DNA of 63,830 nt, the filler included, from Octopus bimaculoides (Eukaryota), in NCBI RefSeq assembly GCF_001194135.2. It is 6 parts of 6 records of this genome, joined end to end, with 100 filler letters (N's around TTAATTAATTAA, not from the genome) between each part and the next. Parts side by side here need not be neighbours in the genome. Positions count along the whole stretch, not along the records: positions 14,760 to 35,938 come from NC_068995.1; positions 36,039 to 50,265 come from NC_068999.1; 4 more parts are not named here. One strand, given 5' to 3'. The notes under the pieces are model-generated. The model ran no database searches. It was given only the letters and a program-made list of their open reading frames with translations, and had not been told where the DNA came from. Shown here piece after piece: positions 26,198 through 38,506 of this stretch (position 1 is its first letter; every line of letters starts with the position of its first letter). The translations under genes and the position numbers were made by a program.

Positions 26198-27049
26198 GGG
26201 TGGTGGTGGTGAAAATGGTGGTTGAGGGTAAGAAAGACTTACTGATGATAAGAGGGTAAGAGAGAAAGAGAGGGAGAGATTGAGAAAGAATAAAAAAGAA
26301 AGTGATATTGTGTGCAGTGTAATTCAGATCCATGCACAATGCAGCTGTCAGTCATGTAGAAAATGAAGGGGGTCAGTTATAATTATTGAGGCGAGGCAGG
26401 TGGAAAGGTAGGAGGTAGAATAATTCTTTGGATAGAAAAAAAAAAAATCAATCTTGTTTTTATTGCATATATATATATACTTTTTTTTATATTTCTGTTT
26501 TATATGAATATTTTTTTTTGTGTGTTATTTTGTTTGGCCAGCATAATGCTGCCACATAATAGTCATGAGACTAAGGTGTTGGTCCATCAGCCAGATATTC
26601 ATCGGTTCAAAGCTTGCTGCTGCAAGCTACTTTCACCCTTTCGCATTCAGATTATTCTGTTAGTTGTGATTCTTATTTATATACATTGTTTTGAATTCAT
26701 CATGCATTGTCTCATAGCTTTGGGATTTCTATGGTAAAGACACATGGTTCAGTAGTTAGAGTGTCGGGCTTGCAATCATGAAGCAATGAGTTCAATTCCT
26801 GCTCCGGGCCGTGTGTTTTCCTTAATGTTAACCATTCAGTTATCATATAAAAGTAGAACTTTCTCTTATTAATTGTTTCTTTATTGTCCAGTGAGAAAAC
26901 CTGAAATAAGCAGTTACTTGCCTTGTTTAGGGACACAGTATAATGGCACTCTAATGAAACTTGAAACTTAGATTCACATGTTCTGTAGTTCATTACGTTT
27001 ACTTCACTGACATCATTTCACACACACAATCATGAAGTAGTGACTTTGA

Positions 27050-27660
27050 TTCCTTGATTGGGCTGTATTTTGTTCTTCAGCCAGACACTTTATTTTATGT
27101 TACTCCAGTTCACTCAGCTGCAATGTCACTGGTTCAAGCTGCATTGGCCTTTGTCTTTCCCTTGGATAACAATGATGGCATGAAAAGGGGAGGCAGGTAT
27201 GTATTGGTGACTGTTGGTCTTCCATAAACAATCTTACTTGGACCTTTATCATGTGGGGTAACTTCCTAGATGCACTCCCATGGTCATTCATGACTGAAGA
27301 CAGTCTTTATTTTAATTTGATGGCACATGGCTCAGTGGTTAGAGTGTTGGGCTCACAATCATGAGGTAGTGAGTTCTGTTCCTGGACCGGGTTGTGTGTT
27401 GTGTTCTTGTGTAAGACACTTTGCTTCACCCTGCTCCGGTTCACTCAGCTGCAGAAATGAGTTGCGACATCACTAGTGCCAAGCTGCATTGGCCTTTGCC
27501 TTTCCCTCGGATAACATCGGTGGTGTGGAAAATGGAGGCTGGTATGCATGGGTGACTGCTGGTCTTCCATAAAACAACCTTGCCTAGGTTTGTGCCTTCA
27601 ACCGGTACCTTGCTGCAGTCCTGTAATCATTCATGACCAAAGGGGATCTTTACCCTGAGA
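27050..27660 (+). mobile_element. Two adjacent copies of one SINE family (27050-27300 decayed, 27320-27660)
   Basis: Both contain ctcc.gttcactcagctgca...caagctgcattggcctttg.ctttccct.ggataaca...ggtcttccataaa. Confidence 0.65.
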
Positions 27661-27887
27661 TTTCTATAATGTGATTATCTTTTGTCTTCTACTTGTTTCA
27701 GTCATTTGACTGTGGCCATGCTGGGGCATTGCTTTGAAGGGATATTTGTTCAACAAATTGACCCTGGTACTTATTCTTTTGAGCCTAGTACTTATTTTAT
27801 TGGTCTCTTTTGCTGAACTGCTAAATTACGGGGACATAAACACACCAACACCAGTTGTCAAGTGGTGGTAGGGGACAAACACTGACA

Positions 27888-27926
<39 letters not shown>

Positions 27927-28498
27927 CAAGATTCTTTCAGTTTCCATCTTCCAAATCCACTCACAAGGCTTTCTGTCTTCCCTGTTTTCCCTTCCCTTAA
28001 CTTAGTAGCTGACTTCTGCTCAGACCATTTGTAATGAAATATTTCCATCAACTGCTCCATAATTTGAAATGTTTTAACTGAGAATGGTTTAATATAATGC
28101 ATGCATTTTCTATTATATATTATGTAGACTTGAAGCTTATGTATTGAAGGAGTTCAAAATTTTCACTATTTGGTTTGGGTTTCAGTATTGCAACTTTTTT
28201 NNNNNNNNNNNNNNNNNNNNNNNNNNNNNNNNNNNNNNNNNNNNNNNNNNNNNNNNNNNNNNNNNNNNNNNNNNNNNNNNNNNNNNNNNNNNNNNNNNNN
28301 NNNNNNNNNNNNNNNNNNNNNNNNNNNNNNNNNNNNNNNNNNNNNNNNNNNNNNNNNNNNNNNNNNNNATATATATATATATATATATATAGATTCAAGG
28401 TGAATATGCTACTTAAGTTTAGGCACCAGAATTAAGTATGGTATTATCAAAATAAGGTGATTAAAATCAAAATAAGCAACAAGGATATCCAAAGTTAA

Positions 28499-28586
28499 TG
28501 CAGTACGATCGTTTCATGCGACTCCATTTAATTAAGCAATGTGAACATTACATTAATTGTAAAATGCAGAGCAATCCTCAGCTGCA
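28499..28586 (-). ncRNA. Type I hammerhead ribozyme-like motif (family C) with long loop II
   Basis: Minus strand UGCAG-CUGAGGA-UUGC...(about 50 nt)...GCAU-GAAAC-GAUC-GUA-CUGCA: stem I UGCAG/CUGCA, stem III palindrome ACGAUCGU, GUA triplet. Stem II is imperfect. Confidence 0.6.
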
Positions 28587-28952
28587 GAAAGATATAGAAA
28601 TTTACTGAAATTTCATTTCAACAGAAGGATATATTTTTGTAACTACATTTAAACTCTCCAAGTAAAAAGGAAGAATACAAACAACCATTTTGACTTAGCC
28701 AGACCATACAGGCTAGTTTGTATGGTAAGACCATACTGACGAGCCTGTAGTTCAATGATTGGGCCCAAATGGAAGATAAAGGGACAATCAAAGGCAGTGA
28801 CTTGGGATCATCGACATATAAGGGATAATCTGCTTAATAGATATATATTCATAGGAAAGTGTCTTCTACTATAGCCTTGTGATTGAATTTTGTGAGTAGG
28901 AGCTAAAATTTTATTGTATGTATATGAGTGTGAAAGTGCTCATGTTCTTTAA

Positions 28953-28993
<41 letters not shown>

Positions 28994-29346
28994 CACACAC
29001 AGAGACATATGCTTCTATTAGCATTGTCATTTAGTATTTCTTTTTCATGTGGCCTGGTTTGCATAATTTGAGAGAAGCTGATGAGTAAGAGAGGCTGATA
29101 TATATGTATGTATGTGTGTGTTTTTGTGTGTGCGTGATATTCTAAATTTCCAGTTTTCAGGTGTCAGTCCATCATTAATATTAATTGGAATTTCTGGAAA
29201 GAATTGTAATTTACACTACATAAGAAAAGAAGTCTCAAATTTTGAGTCAGTTTGATAAGTATTCTGTGCAAAATTCTTGAATTAGTTTCATAACTTTCTA
29301 CGAGTGTATAAATGGCACAGTATATCTATATATCTGCCTATCAACG

Positions 29347-29380
<34 letters not shown>

Positions 29381-29529
29381 CACACACACACAAGTACACA
29401 AGCATATATATATATACACACACACACAAGTACACAAGCATATGTATATATACATGCACACACACACACACACGTACATGCATATATATATACATGCACA
29501 CACACATGTATGCACGCACATATATATAT

Positions 29530-29686
29530 ATGGGAGAATATACAAATAATAACAACACACGAGGACAGGTGGTGTAAATAACAAAAGGATATATTAGTAT
29601 GACGCTCGGGAATACGGAAAGTCTTTGACGTTTCGAGCTACGCTCTTCAACAGAAAGAATACGGAGACAAGGAGAAAAACACGGAG

Positions 29687-29690
<4 letters not shown>
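29530..29690 (-). mobile_element. PLE pseudo-LTR / short PLE-derived repeat, family B, copy next to the GIY-YIG ORF
   Basis: Homologous to 4487-4635 and 48883-49050 (shared gaggacaggtggtgtaaa...gacgctcgggaa...gtttcgagc). Flanked by (TA)n. Same strand as, and downstream of, the GIY-YIG ORF, but across an N gap. Confidence 0.75.
29623..29657 (-). ncRNA. Minimal type I hammerhead ribozyme-like motif with variant core (family B)
   Basis: Minus strand CUUU-CUGUUGA-A-GAGC-GUA-GCUC-GAAAC-GUC-AAAG: stem I CUUU/AAAG, stem II GAGC/GCUC, palindromic ACGU stem III, GUC cleavage triplet. The core has U in place of A6. Confidence 0.6.
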
Positions 29691-29722
<32 letters not shown>

Positions 29723-30601
29723 NNNNNNNNNNNNNNNNNNNNNNNNNNNNNNNNNNNNNNNNNNNNNNNNNNNNNNNNNNNNNNNNNNNNNNNNNNNNNN
29801 NNNNNNNNNNNNNNNNNNNNNNNNNNNNNNNNNNNNNNNNNNNNNNNNNNNNNNNNNNNNNNNNNNNNNNNNNNNNNNNNNNNNNNNNNNNNNNNNNNNN
29901 NNNNNNNNNNNNNNNNNNNNNNNNNNNNNNNNNNNNNNNNNNNNNNNNNNNNNNNNNNNNNNNNNNNNNNNNNNNNNNNNNNNNNNNNNNNNNNNNNNNN
30001 NNNNNNNNNNNNNNNNNNNNNNNNNNNNNNNNNNNNNNNNNNNNNNNNNNNNNNNNNNNNNNNNNNNNNNNNNNNNNNNNNNNNNNNNNNNNNNNNNNNN
30101 NNNNNNNNNNNNNNNNNNNNNNNNNNNNNNNNNNNNNNNNNNNNNNNNNNNNNNNNNNNNNNNNNNNNNNNNNNNNNNNNNNNNNNNNNNNNNNNNNNNN
30201 NNNNNNNNNNNNNNNNNNNNNNNNNNNNNNNNNNNNNNNNNNNNNNNNNNNNNNNNNNNNNNNNNNNNNNNNNNNNNNNNNNNNNNNNNNNNNNNNNNNN
30301 NNNNNNNNNNNNNNNNNNNNNNNNNNNNNNNNNNNNNNNNNNNNNNNNNNNNNNNNNNNNNNNNNNNNNNNNNNNNNNNNNNNNNNNNNNNNNNNNNNNN
30401 NNNNNNNNNNNNNNNNNNNNNNNNNNNNNNNNNNNNNNNNNNNNNNNNNNNNNNNNNNNNNNNNNNNNNNNNNNNNNNNNNNNNNNNNNNNNNNNNNNNN
30501 NNNNNNNNNNNNNNNNNNNNNNNNNNNNNNNNNNNNNNNNNNNNNNNNNNNNNNNNNNNNNNNNNNNNNNNNNNNNNNNNNNNNNNNNNNNNNNNATTTA
30601 A

Positions 30602-30976
30602 TCATTGTTTGTTAAGAGTGGGTTTGAATTTCTTAATAAAGTCCTTTTCTTTGCATTTTCTTTCAATTTCATTCCGGTTGTAAAGTTTATGGAATGGAAA
30701 TATAATAAAAGTTTGATGACCACATGTTGCTAGATGGTTACTCAGTGGTATTTGGCGGACTTCTGGGTTTTTAATCTGTTGTCGATGTACCCGTGAGCGT
30801 TCCGATAGTGCATTACCTGTCTGGCCAACGTACAATTCTTCACAATTAGGGCATTTGATGCAGTAGATTAGATTTCTACTTTTACAGTTCATGTTCGCAT
30901 TGGTGAATATTTTCCCTGTTTTTGTGTTCATATATGGGCCGGTATGGATTGATCGGCATGTGCCGCATCGGCTATC
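30602..30976 (-). mobile_element. Penelope-like element (PLE) 3' fragment: GIY-YIG endonuclease ORF, 5'-truncated
   Basis: The frame extends upstream of the tracked Met: DSRCGTCRSIHTGPYMNTKTGKIFTNANMNCKSRNLIYCIKCPNCEELYVGQTGNALSERSRVHRQQIKNPEVRQIPLSNHLATCGH...ERKCKEKDFIKKFKPTLNKQ*. It has LIY..YVGQT (GIY-YIG), conserved R and H residues, a late E and the terminal LN. Upstream Cys residues (C-x2-C) and later His residues fit the PLE CCHH-type motif. No stops or frameshifts. Confidence 0.9.
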
Positions 30977-31317
30977 ATATGTATATATATTTATTTATTT
31001 ATTCAGATGTGTGTTTCTGTATTCAAACTGTCTGACTGATTAACAAGATTTATAATACATATCTACTCCGTCAACTCTGTAAAGTGGTTGGCATTTGAAC
31101 GGGCATATAGCTGTAAAAATCATACCAAAGCAGACTGTGCCGATACTGGTGCCATATAAAAAGCACACAGTACACTCCGTAAAGTTGTTGGTTGTAGGAA
31201 AAGCATTGAGCCATAAAAACCGTACTGAAATGGACAGTAGAGCTTGGCACACTCTTGCTAGCTGCTGACATTAAATGATGATAAGGACTAACGATGGCCT
31301 ATATATATATAAATATA

Positions 31318-31505
31318 TATTGGGTCATCCCATTAATAAAGCAGTTTTTTTATACATCTTTTATTTTTCAAAGTTCTTTTTTAATCTCCTTTTTGTATAA
31401 TGTTCTTCTGTCAATCTGGTAAACTTGCACAGTTCCTCTTCAAAAATTCACCTGTCCATGATGAAAAATACTCTTCCAGTACTGTTGTGACCTCGTCTAC
31501 AGAAT
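31318..31505 (-). mobile_element. Mariner 3' fragment with TIR-like end
   Basis: Minus VDEVTTVLEEYFSSWTGEFLKRNCASLPD*QKNIIQKGD resembles the mariner C-terminus. End sequence TA-TTGGGTCATCCCAT. Confidence 0.7.
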
Positions 31506-32089
31506 TCATATATAGAGAGAGAAAGAGTGAGAGAGAGAAAAAAGAGAGAGAGACAGACAGAGTGATATGTATGTATATATCAGGCACATGCTGTTAGGGT
31601 AGGTAGTTGGTGACGTTTATGTAGTGAAATACAAAATATAAGCGAAACACAGGCATGTGACTAAGTTGGAATCAGATTTATTTCTGCCTTTATAGCACGT
31701 AAAGAAAACGTTGTTGTAGGTGTGTACACAGTTCATATGTACTACAGCAATACCATGCATAGCTTTAATACTGACATTGAAGGGCAGGGATGAATTATGC
31801 CTACCTAATCTACAAAAAAAAAAAAAAAATACTTTGTATTCTATGCATAGTAATCAGAGTAACCTTCATAATTCTATTGAATTAGGTGCATATTTTGCCA
31901 TAAAAGGAAAATGTTACTATCGATATATTTTATTCAAGGTAGGCACTACCTACCTTGCCTACCCAGCAGCCCGTCCCTGGTATATATATACACACACATA
32001 TATATATGACATTCTCTCTGTCTCTGTGTATACACACACATACACACACACACATATAGACATATCTATATATACACACATATATGTGT

Positions 32090-32148
<59 letters not shown>

Positions 32149-32416
32149 AAGGGGTTTGTATGATTGTGTATAGAGGAATATATTACTCAAAGGAATTCCA
32201 ACTCTGTCTGTTTTGTTTATGTTCTTATGATATTAATGTAAGATATAGAATATATAGTATATATAGTAAAATGAAATGTAGTATTAATTGTGTTATTGAA
32301 TAGATAAAATATTGAATATCAAATATTAATGGACTAGTATACTTTCTTGCATTTAAGCGGTCATCAAGGTCCCAGGTTGTGACAGGAGTGTTTCAACTTT
32401 CATATATATATATATA

Positions 32417-32713
32417 TACACACCATGTCGTTAAGCATGAAATGTCTGATTTTGAGCTGAAAGTTGATTTTACTTTATCTCAACAAAAAGCAATGCAGTG
32501 AACATATGCACTTAAATTATCAACACAATTTTCCCATTTTATTGCTAGCTTATTTATGCCGGGAGTGAAGAATTCTGGAGAGCAAGAGTTGATGAAATCA
32601 TGAAAGGCTGTTTTTGCATCTTCTTCAGATCTGAAGTATTTTCACTGGCAAAAAGTTGTCTAATGCCTGGTAATCATGATAGGCAGTTGGCGCAAGGTCT
32701 GGTGAATATGGGC
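32417..32713 (-). mobile_element. Mariner 3' fragment
   Basis: Minus PYSPDLAPTAYH...DNFL...SEEDAKTAFHDFINSCSPEFFTPGINKLAIKWENCVDNLSAYV, containing the diagnostic YSPDLAP motif. Confidence 0.85.
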
Positions 32714-33783
32714 GAAATATATCAGCACAGCTTGGTGCAATACCCAAAAACTGGTATCACCAGTTAGCATCATTAGGCCATAGCTGGCAATCAGACATAA
32801 ACTTCTTGTTGACAAAGAGTCCAGAACTCCAACTAAAGAGTATAAAATTCACAGAATTGTCTTCCCTTACACACACTTCCTGTTTTGACACCACACTTCC
32901 TGTTTAACACATAAACTTCCAGCCTTTTTTTAAACAGAGCAGCAATCTTAACTACATGCATCCTAATCTTTCTAACAATTATCCACATGGATTACCATTG
33001 AACTTTAAAAGCTCAAAGACAATATAATGTATTGGTATATTTATTTTTTAATATATTTTTTATATTTTTTTGTAAAAAACATTATTTTCATTTTCCCTCT
33101 TCTTGAAAATTTGCCATGAAAGCGGGTTAGAAATCCTTTCTAATCCTCCTTATACACATCTATATTAAAATATGCTTTCAGTTTAGCATTCTNNNNNNNN
33201 NNNNNNNNNNNNNNNNNNNNNNNNNNNNNNNNNNNNNNNNNNNNNNNNNNNNNNNNNNNNNNNNNNNNNNNNNNNNNNNNNNNNNNNNNNNNNNNNNNNN
33301 NNNNNNNNNNNNNNNNNNNNNNNNNNNNNNNNNNNNNNNNNNNNNNNNNNNNNNNNNNNNNNNNNNNNNNNNNNNNNNNNNNNNNNNNNNNNNNNNNNNN
33401 NNNNNNNNNNNNNNNNNNNNNNNNNNNNNNNNNNNNNNNNNNNNNNNNNNNNNNNNNNNNNNNNNNNNNNNNNNNNNNNNNNNNNNNNNNNNNNNNNNNN
33501 NNNNNNNNNNNNNNNNNNNNNNNNNNNNNNNNNNNNNNNNNNNNNNNNNNNNNNNNNNNNNNNNNNNNNNNNNNNNNNNNNNNNNNNNNNNNNNNNNNNN
33601 NNNNNNNNNNNNNNNNNNNNNNNNNNNNNNNNNNNNNNNNNNNNNNNNNNNNNNNNNNNNNNNNNNNNNNNNNNNNNNNNNNNNNNNNNNNNNNNGACAC
33701 TGGCCCAAGGTGCCATGCAGTAGGACTGAACCCGGAACCATGTGGTTGGGAAGCAAGCTTCTTACCACACAGCCACTCCTTTG

Positions 33784-33821
<38 letters not shown>

Positions 33822-35894
33822 CCTTGGATGGGATTTATAAATATTTTAATGCATTGTTACAGGCAGTTCCATAAATCACATGTCTCTTAAGTTCATAGTT
33901 TGTATCCCTGGGATGATTACGGTGCAGTCCATATTATGCATTCATTTCTTTGGCTGAAATATATCAGCAGACCTTGGTGCAACACCCAAAAACTGGTATC
34001 ACCAGTTAGCATCATTAGGCCATAGGTAGCATAATAGAATATGAGCTTTTATCTGCATGCTCAAAACCTTTCCCCTTAAATGAACTTAAAGGACACACAC
34101 ACACACACCAAAAGATACATAAACTGAGAGAAATACTAAAGGGAAATGGGAGATTGTATTCCTTATGTAACCATTGCTCCATATCATCGACTGTAAGGAA
34201 AACAAAAGTTTCTGGCCTGGTTTTTATGTAGAAATATTTGTTTTTGAAGTTTCTGTTTATTTGAATCGTGAGTTTGCGAACTGCAAGGATCTGTGCAAAC
34301 TTTGGGGAATGTCTGAGAACAGTGGTAATTATGTCGGTTTAATTACTTTAATGAGGGGTAGTCTATGATTTGTTTCCAGATTTCATTGCTTGTGTGAAGT
34401 TGATTCTGTCATGTTTGATTGATCTATTCCTGTAGTTCTGTATTCCTGTAGACTTGTTTCTACTTCTTTATGATAAATATCCCCCAACATTTATTTTAGT
34501 CAAGCTTTATCACCAACACTGTGTTTGTTTAAGCAGGTGAATTCACACACACATATACACACATTCTGACACACTACCCCAATCTCTCTCTCACACACAC
34601 ACATACACATTCTCCCACAGTGACATATATACACACACTGATATATACACATATGCATTTATGGTGGTGCATTTATGCTGCAGCATACACAAATGTATAT
34701 CTGAATATGCATATATATATATATGTATATAAATATGCACACACATGTATGCATATATACACACACAAATTTGTACGCATGTCTATCTATCTATCTATCT
34801 ATCTAGCTAGCTAGCTACACATGTACACACATGTATGTATGTATATGTCTGCATGTATGTATAGAAGTGTGCATGTTCATGTGCATATATATATATATGT
34901 TTGCATGTGTGCATACACACGTTTGTGTAGCATAAAAGATAGAGGTGCAGTTGTGTTTACACATATGATTGTGTGTATAGATGTATATGTATGTTTAAAA
35001 ATGTTATTTACATGTATATATGTATGTATGCATGTATGTATGTACGTATGACCATTATAAACTATTAAATCATCAGATTTTAATAATTCCTGGCTAAATT
35101 TGTTGGCATCGTTTCCTACTATGGTTTCTCTTATTGCTCTGTTAATATTGTGTTGTCTGTTTGGAGAACGGTCACTACTATTTACTTCTCACTAATTAAA
35201 CACCGTTATTTAGAGGCAAGGGATCTATTTTAATCATTTCTACGATATGAAACAGAGAATTGAATTTTTTTTTTTTTTTAATAAACAAAACATTTTTTTT
35301 TTTATTTCTAACATTTTTTTGGTAAAAATATAAAAAAGAAAATATTATTTAATTTCTTAATCATTTGAATTTTTTTTTTTTTAATGTCTGTATTTGGATT
35401 TTGTAATTTCAAATTAAAATATTGTAATATTTTTAGTTTAAAAATTGTTTTCTATCTTTCATGTTTTTTTAATTTTTAATTTTACTTTGGTAAATATTAT
35501 AAACTTACGTCCATCAATTATGAGCATTTCATCAAAGCCGTTCAGACCATGTTATAGTCTCCTCAGTATGTGTGTGTATATATGTGTGTGAGGGTTTTGT
35601 ATTGGACTGGACAGATCTGAAGACATAACTATTTGTTTATTGGAGTCAGGTTGGTGCTTGTTATTTGAACACGGCGTGGAATCTGCCAGTTTTCCTATTT
35701 GGATTGGCACCGGCATATAGTGAGACTTTTTTCTGTTTACCAATATAAACGTAAACATGCGTGATCAAATAAACATGCTGCAAATATTCTATCTTCTGCT
35801 GCCTGCCTGCCTGTTATTTGAATTCTTCAGCATGTTTTTGTCGAGGAAGATGAGAATATCGAGGAATGTACATACATACATACACACATACATA

Positions 35895-35938
<44 letters not shown>

Positions 35939-36038
35939 NNNNNNNNNNNNNNNNNNNNNNNNNNNNNNNNNNNNNNNNNNNNTTAATTAATTAANNNNNN
36001 NNNNNNNNNNNNNNNNNNNNNNNNNNNNNNNNNNNNNN

Positions 36039-36070
<32 letters not shown>

Positions 36071-36980
36071 GTGTGTGTGTATACGTATATAAAAATATAT
36101 AATATATATATACACACACATACATATTACTTGCTAGCGATAGGCTTTATTTTATTTTATTTTTTTTTACACGAAAATATGAATAACCGCTGAATAATTC
36201 TACAACCCACACATTCGTGCGATAAAGAAAGTTGATTGATTGACTTTAGTTGACCTAAAATATTCATCAATTGTTGATCAGAAGTGACTGACCTTTTTCT
36301 ATAAATTCTTTTTAACTGTTCTAACAAGCTAGTTGAACTGGAGACCCATGAACAAGTAGCTCGATATCTTATTCAAGCAGCCATTTCCTTCTTGCTCTGA
36401 CAAGTTCTGATAACTTTCAAGCTTTATTTTATCGAATTTTTTGTTTGATTTGCTTTGGCTTTTCCTTTCCTTCCTCATCAAACACGGTGTCTTTGCAGAT
36501 TTCAAGCTATTGCAGTTCTTCACACTAGGCCCAACCTAATGTGATATTAGCATAATCCACCACATCGACTCATCACCAAATTTTCTACATTTGGTTATTA
36601 GACGACTACATTAGCCTATGAGACGTTTTGGCACGGCCATTTTGGCGCAGCTGATTAGACGTCACTGAATCACCGCTGACTTATTTGACATCAGTCGTTT
36701 TAATGTTCGCTTCTTTCTCTCTCTTTCTCTGTCTCTCGTTATCTACGTATATAAGCATATTTCTCTCTGAGTATGAGGAAAGGGAAAGGTTTATGTCAAT
36801 TGTGTTCATTTAACAAATTAGTTCCTTTCTCTCTCTCTCTCTCTCTCAATCTTTCAATCTGTCTATGTATATTTTACGTACGCATGCGTGTAGGTGCACG
36901 CGAGTGTAGGTTTGCGTGTGTGTGTACGTATGTGTGTGTGTTTCTGCATGTGCGTGTTTGCATCCAGCTCCAGAATTTAC

Positions 36981-37076
36981 TGTCGCCAACACAGGCTCAC
37001 AGTCCAGTCCGCCGCGCCATAACTGCAGAGCTCAAAAAGCTGTGCCCAATCGTATCCTTCTAAGTTCGTTATTTTT
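36981..37076 (-). CDS. Candidate 96-bp symmetric exon KITNLEGYDWAQLFELCSYGAADWTVSLCWR
   Basis: Acceptor ggaatttcag, donor ACA|GTAAAT, length a multiple of 3, one open frame. A plus-strand exon reading from 36968 is a competing interpretation. Confidence 0.3.
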
Positions 37077-38463
37077 CTGAAATTCCGACCAGAGTACAGT
37101 TACATATTCATACTTTTTTTTTTTTACCTTGAATATAAGGTTCAGTTTTCTTTTTCGGCAATGTAACATTAACGCCCACCTCATATTAGATAGATAGATA
37201 GATTGATAGATAGATAGATAGATTGATAGATAAGTAGGTAGGTAGGGAGTTAGACATGACAATATCAGCCAATCACAACACCGTATTCTTGATAAACTGT
37301 ACATTAGTATATCCCAATATTAACAGAGTAAAAACGATCTACCTATCTTTCTCTGTCTTTCCCCCCTCTCTCCGTCCCTAGCTATCTCTCGATCAGTCTC
37401 TATATGTTCTCATATCTCCTCCTTTCTATCTTCCTTTCTGTCTGTTGATCTGCCTGTGACTATGTCTCTCTATGTTCCTCTGTGTCTATCAATCAGCCTG
37501 TCTGTCTGTCCGTCTGTTTCTCTCTCTCTGTTTCTCAACCTCGAGTAAAAGAATGATTAAAAGAAATAACGAAACGAACGACTAGAGAGTAAAAAAGAAA
37601 GGAAAAAAACCACACACAAGCTCACAAAAAAGAGAGAGAGAAATGAAGCAAATACGGAAGAAAGAAAGAAAGAATGAAAGAGAGAAAGAAAGAAGGAACG
37701 AAAGCAAGTTAGAAAAAAAAAGCGTAAAAGACGATGAGTGAGAAATAAAAATGAGAGATAAGGGACTGAAAAACAAGAAAAGAAATTAAAAAAAAAAATA
37801 TGAAAGATGATAAAATTTGCTTGAAATGTTGTAAAAATAGGGGTTGCAAGGTTAAATGTGTGGACAATGAAATAAATTTTGTTACAAGTTGAACAAATCA
37901 ACTATAATTGAACAACTGAAAGAGCAGAGTAACAACAACAAACGAGAGATTTATTCGCTAGTTCTGGATGGCTGGTAGACGCGTGCGGCTTGCGTTGTGT
38001 GTTACATACATACATGTATATANNNNNNNNNNNNNNNNNNNNNNNNNNNNNNNNNNNNNNNNNNNNNNNNNNNNNNNNNNNNNNNNNNNNNNNNNNNNNN
38101 NNNNNNNNNNNNNNNNNNNNNNNNNNNNNNNNNNNNNNNNNNNNNNNNNNNNNNNNNNNNNNNNNNNNNNNNNNNNNNNNNNNNNNNNNNNNNNNNNNNN
38201 NNNNNNNNNNNNNNNNNNNNNNNNNNNNNNNNNNNNNNNNNNNNNNNNNNNNNNNNNNNNNNNNNNNNNNNNNNNNNNNNNNNNNNNNNNNNNNNNNNNN
38301 NNNNNNNNNNNNNNNNNNNNNNNNNNNNNNNNNNNNNNNNNNNNNNNNNNNNNNNNNNNNNNNNNNNNNNCTCCCTATCTCTCTTTGCCTCGACCTCCAT
38401 CTCTTCCTCCTCCTCCTCCTCCTCCTCCTCCCCTCTCTGTCTGTCTCTGTCTGTCTGTTAGTT

Positions 38464-38506
<43 letters not shown>

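Noticed and set aside
35520-35562. Additional hammerhead (CUGAGGA-gac..gtc on minus)
   Set aside because: GAAC replaces GAAA and there is no valid stem I or III.
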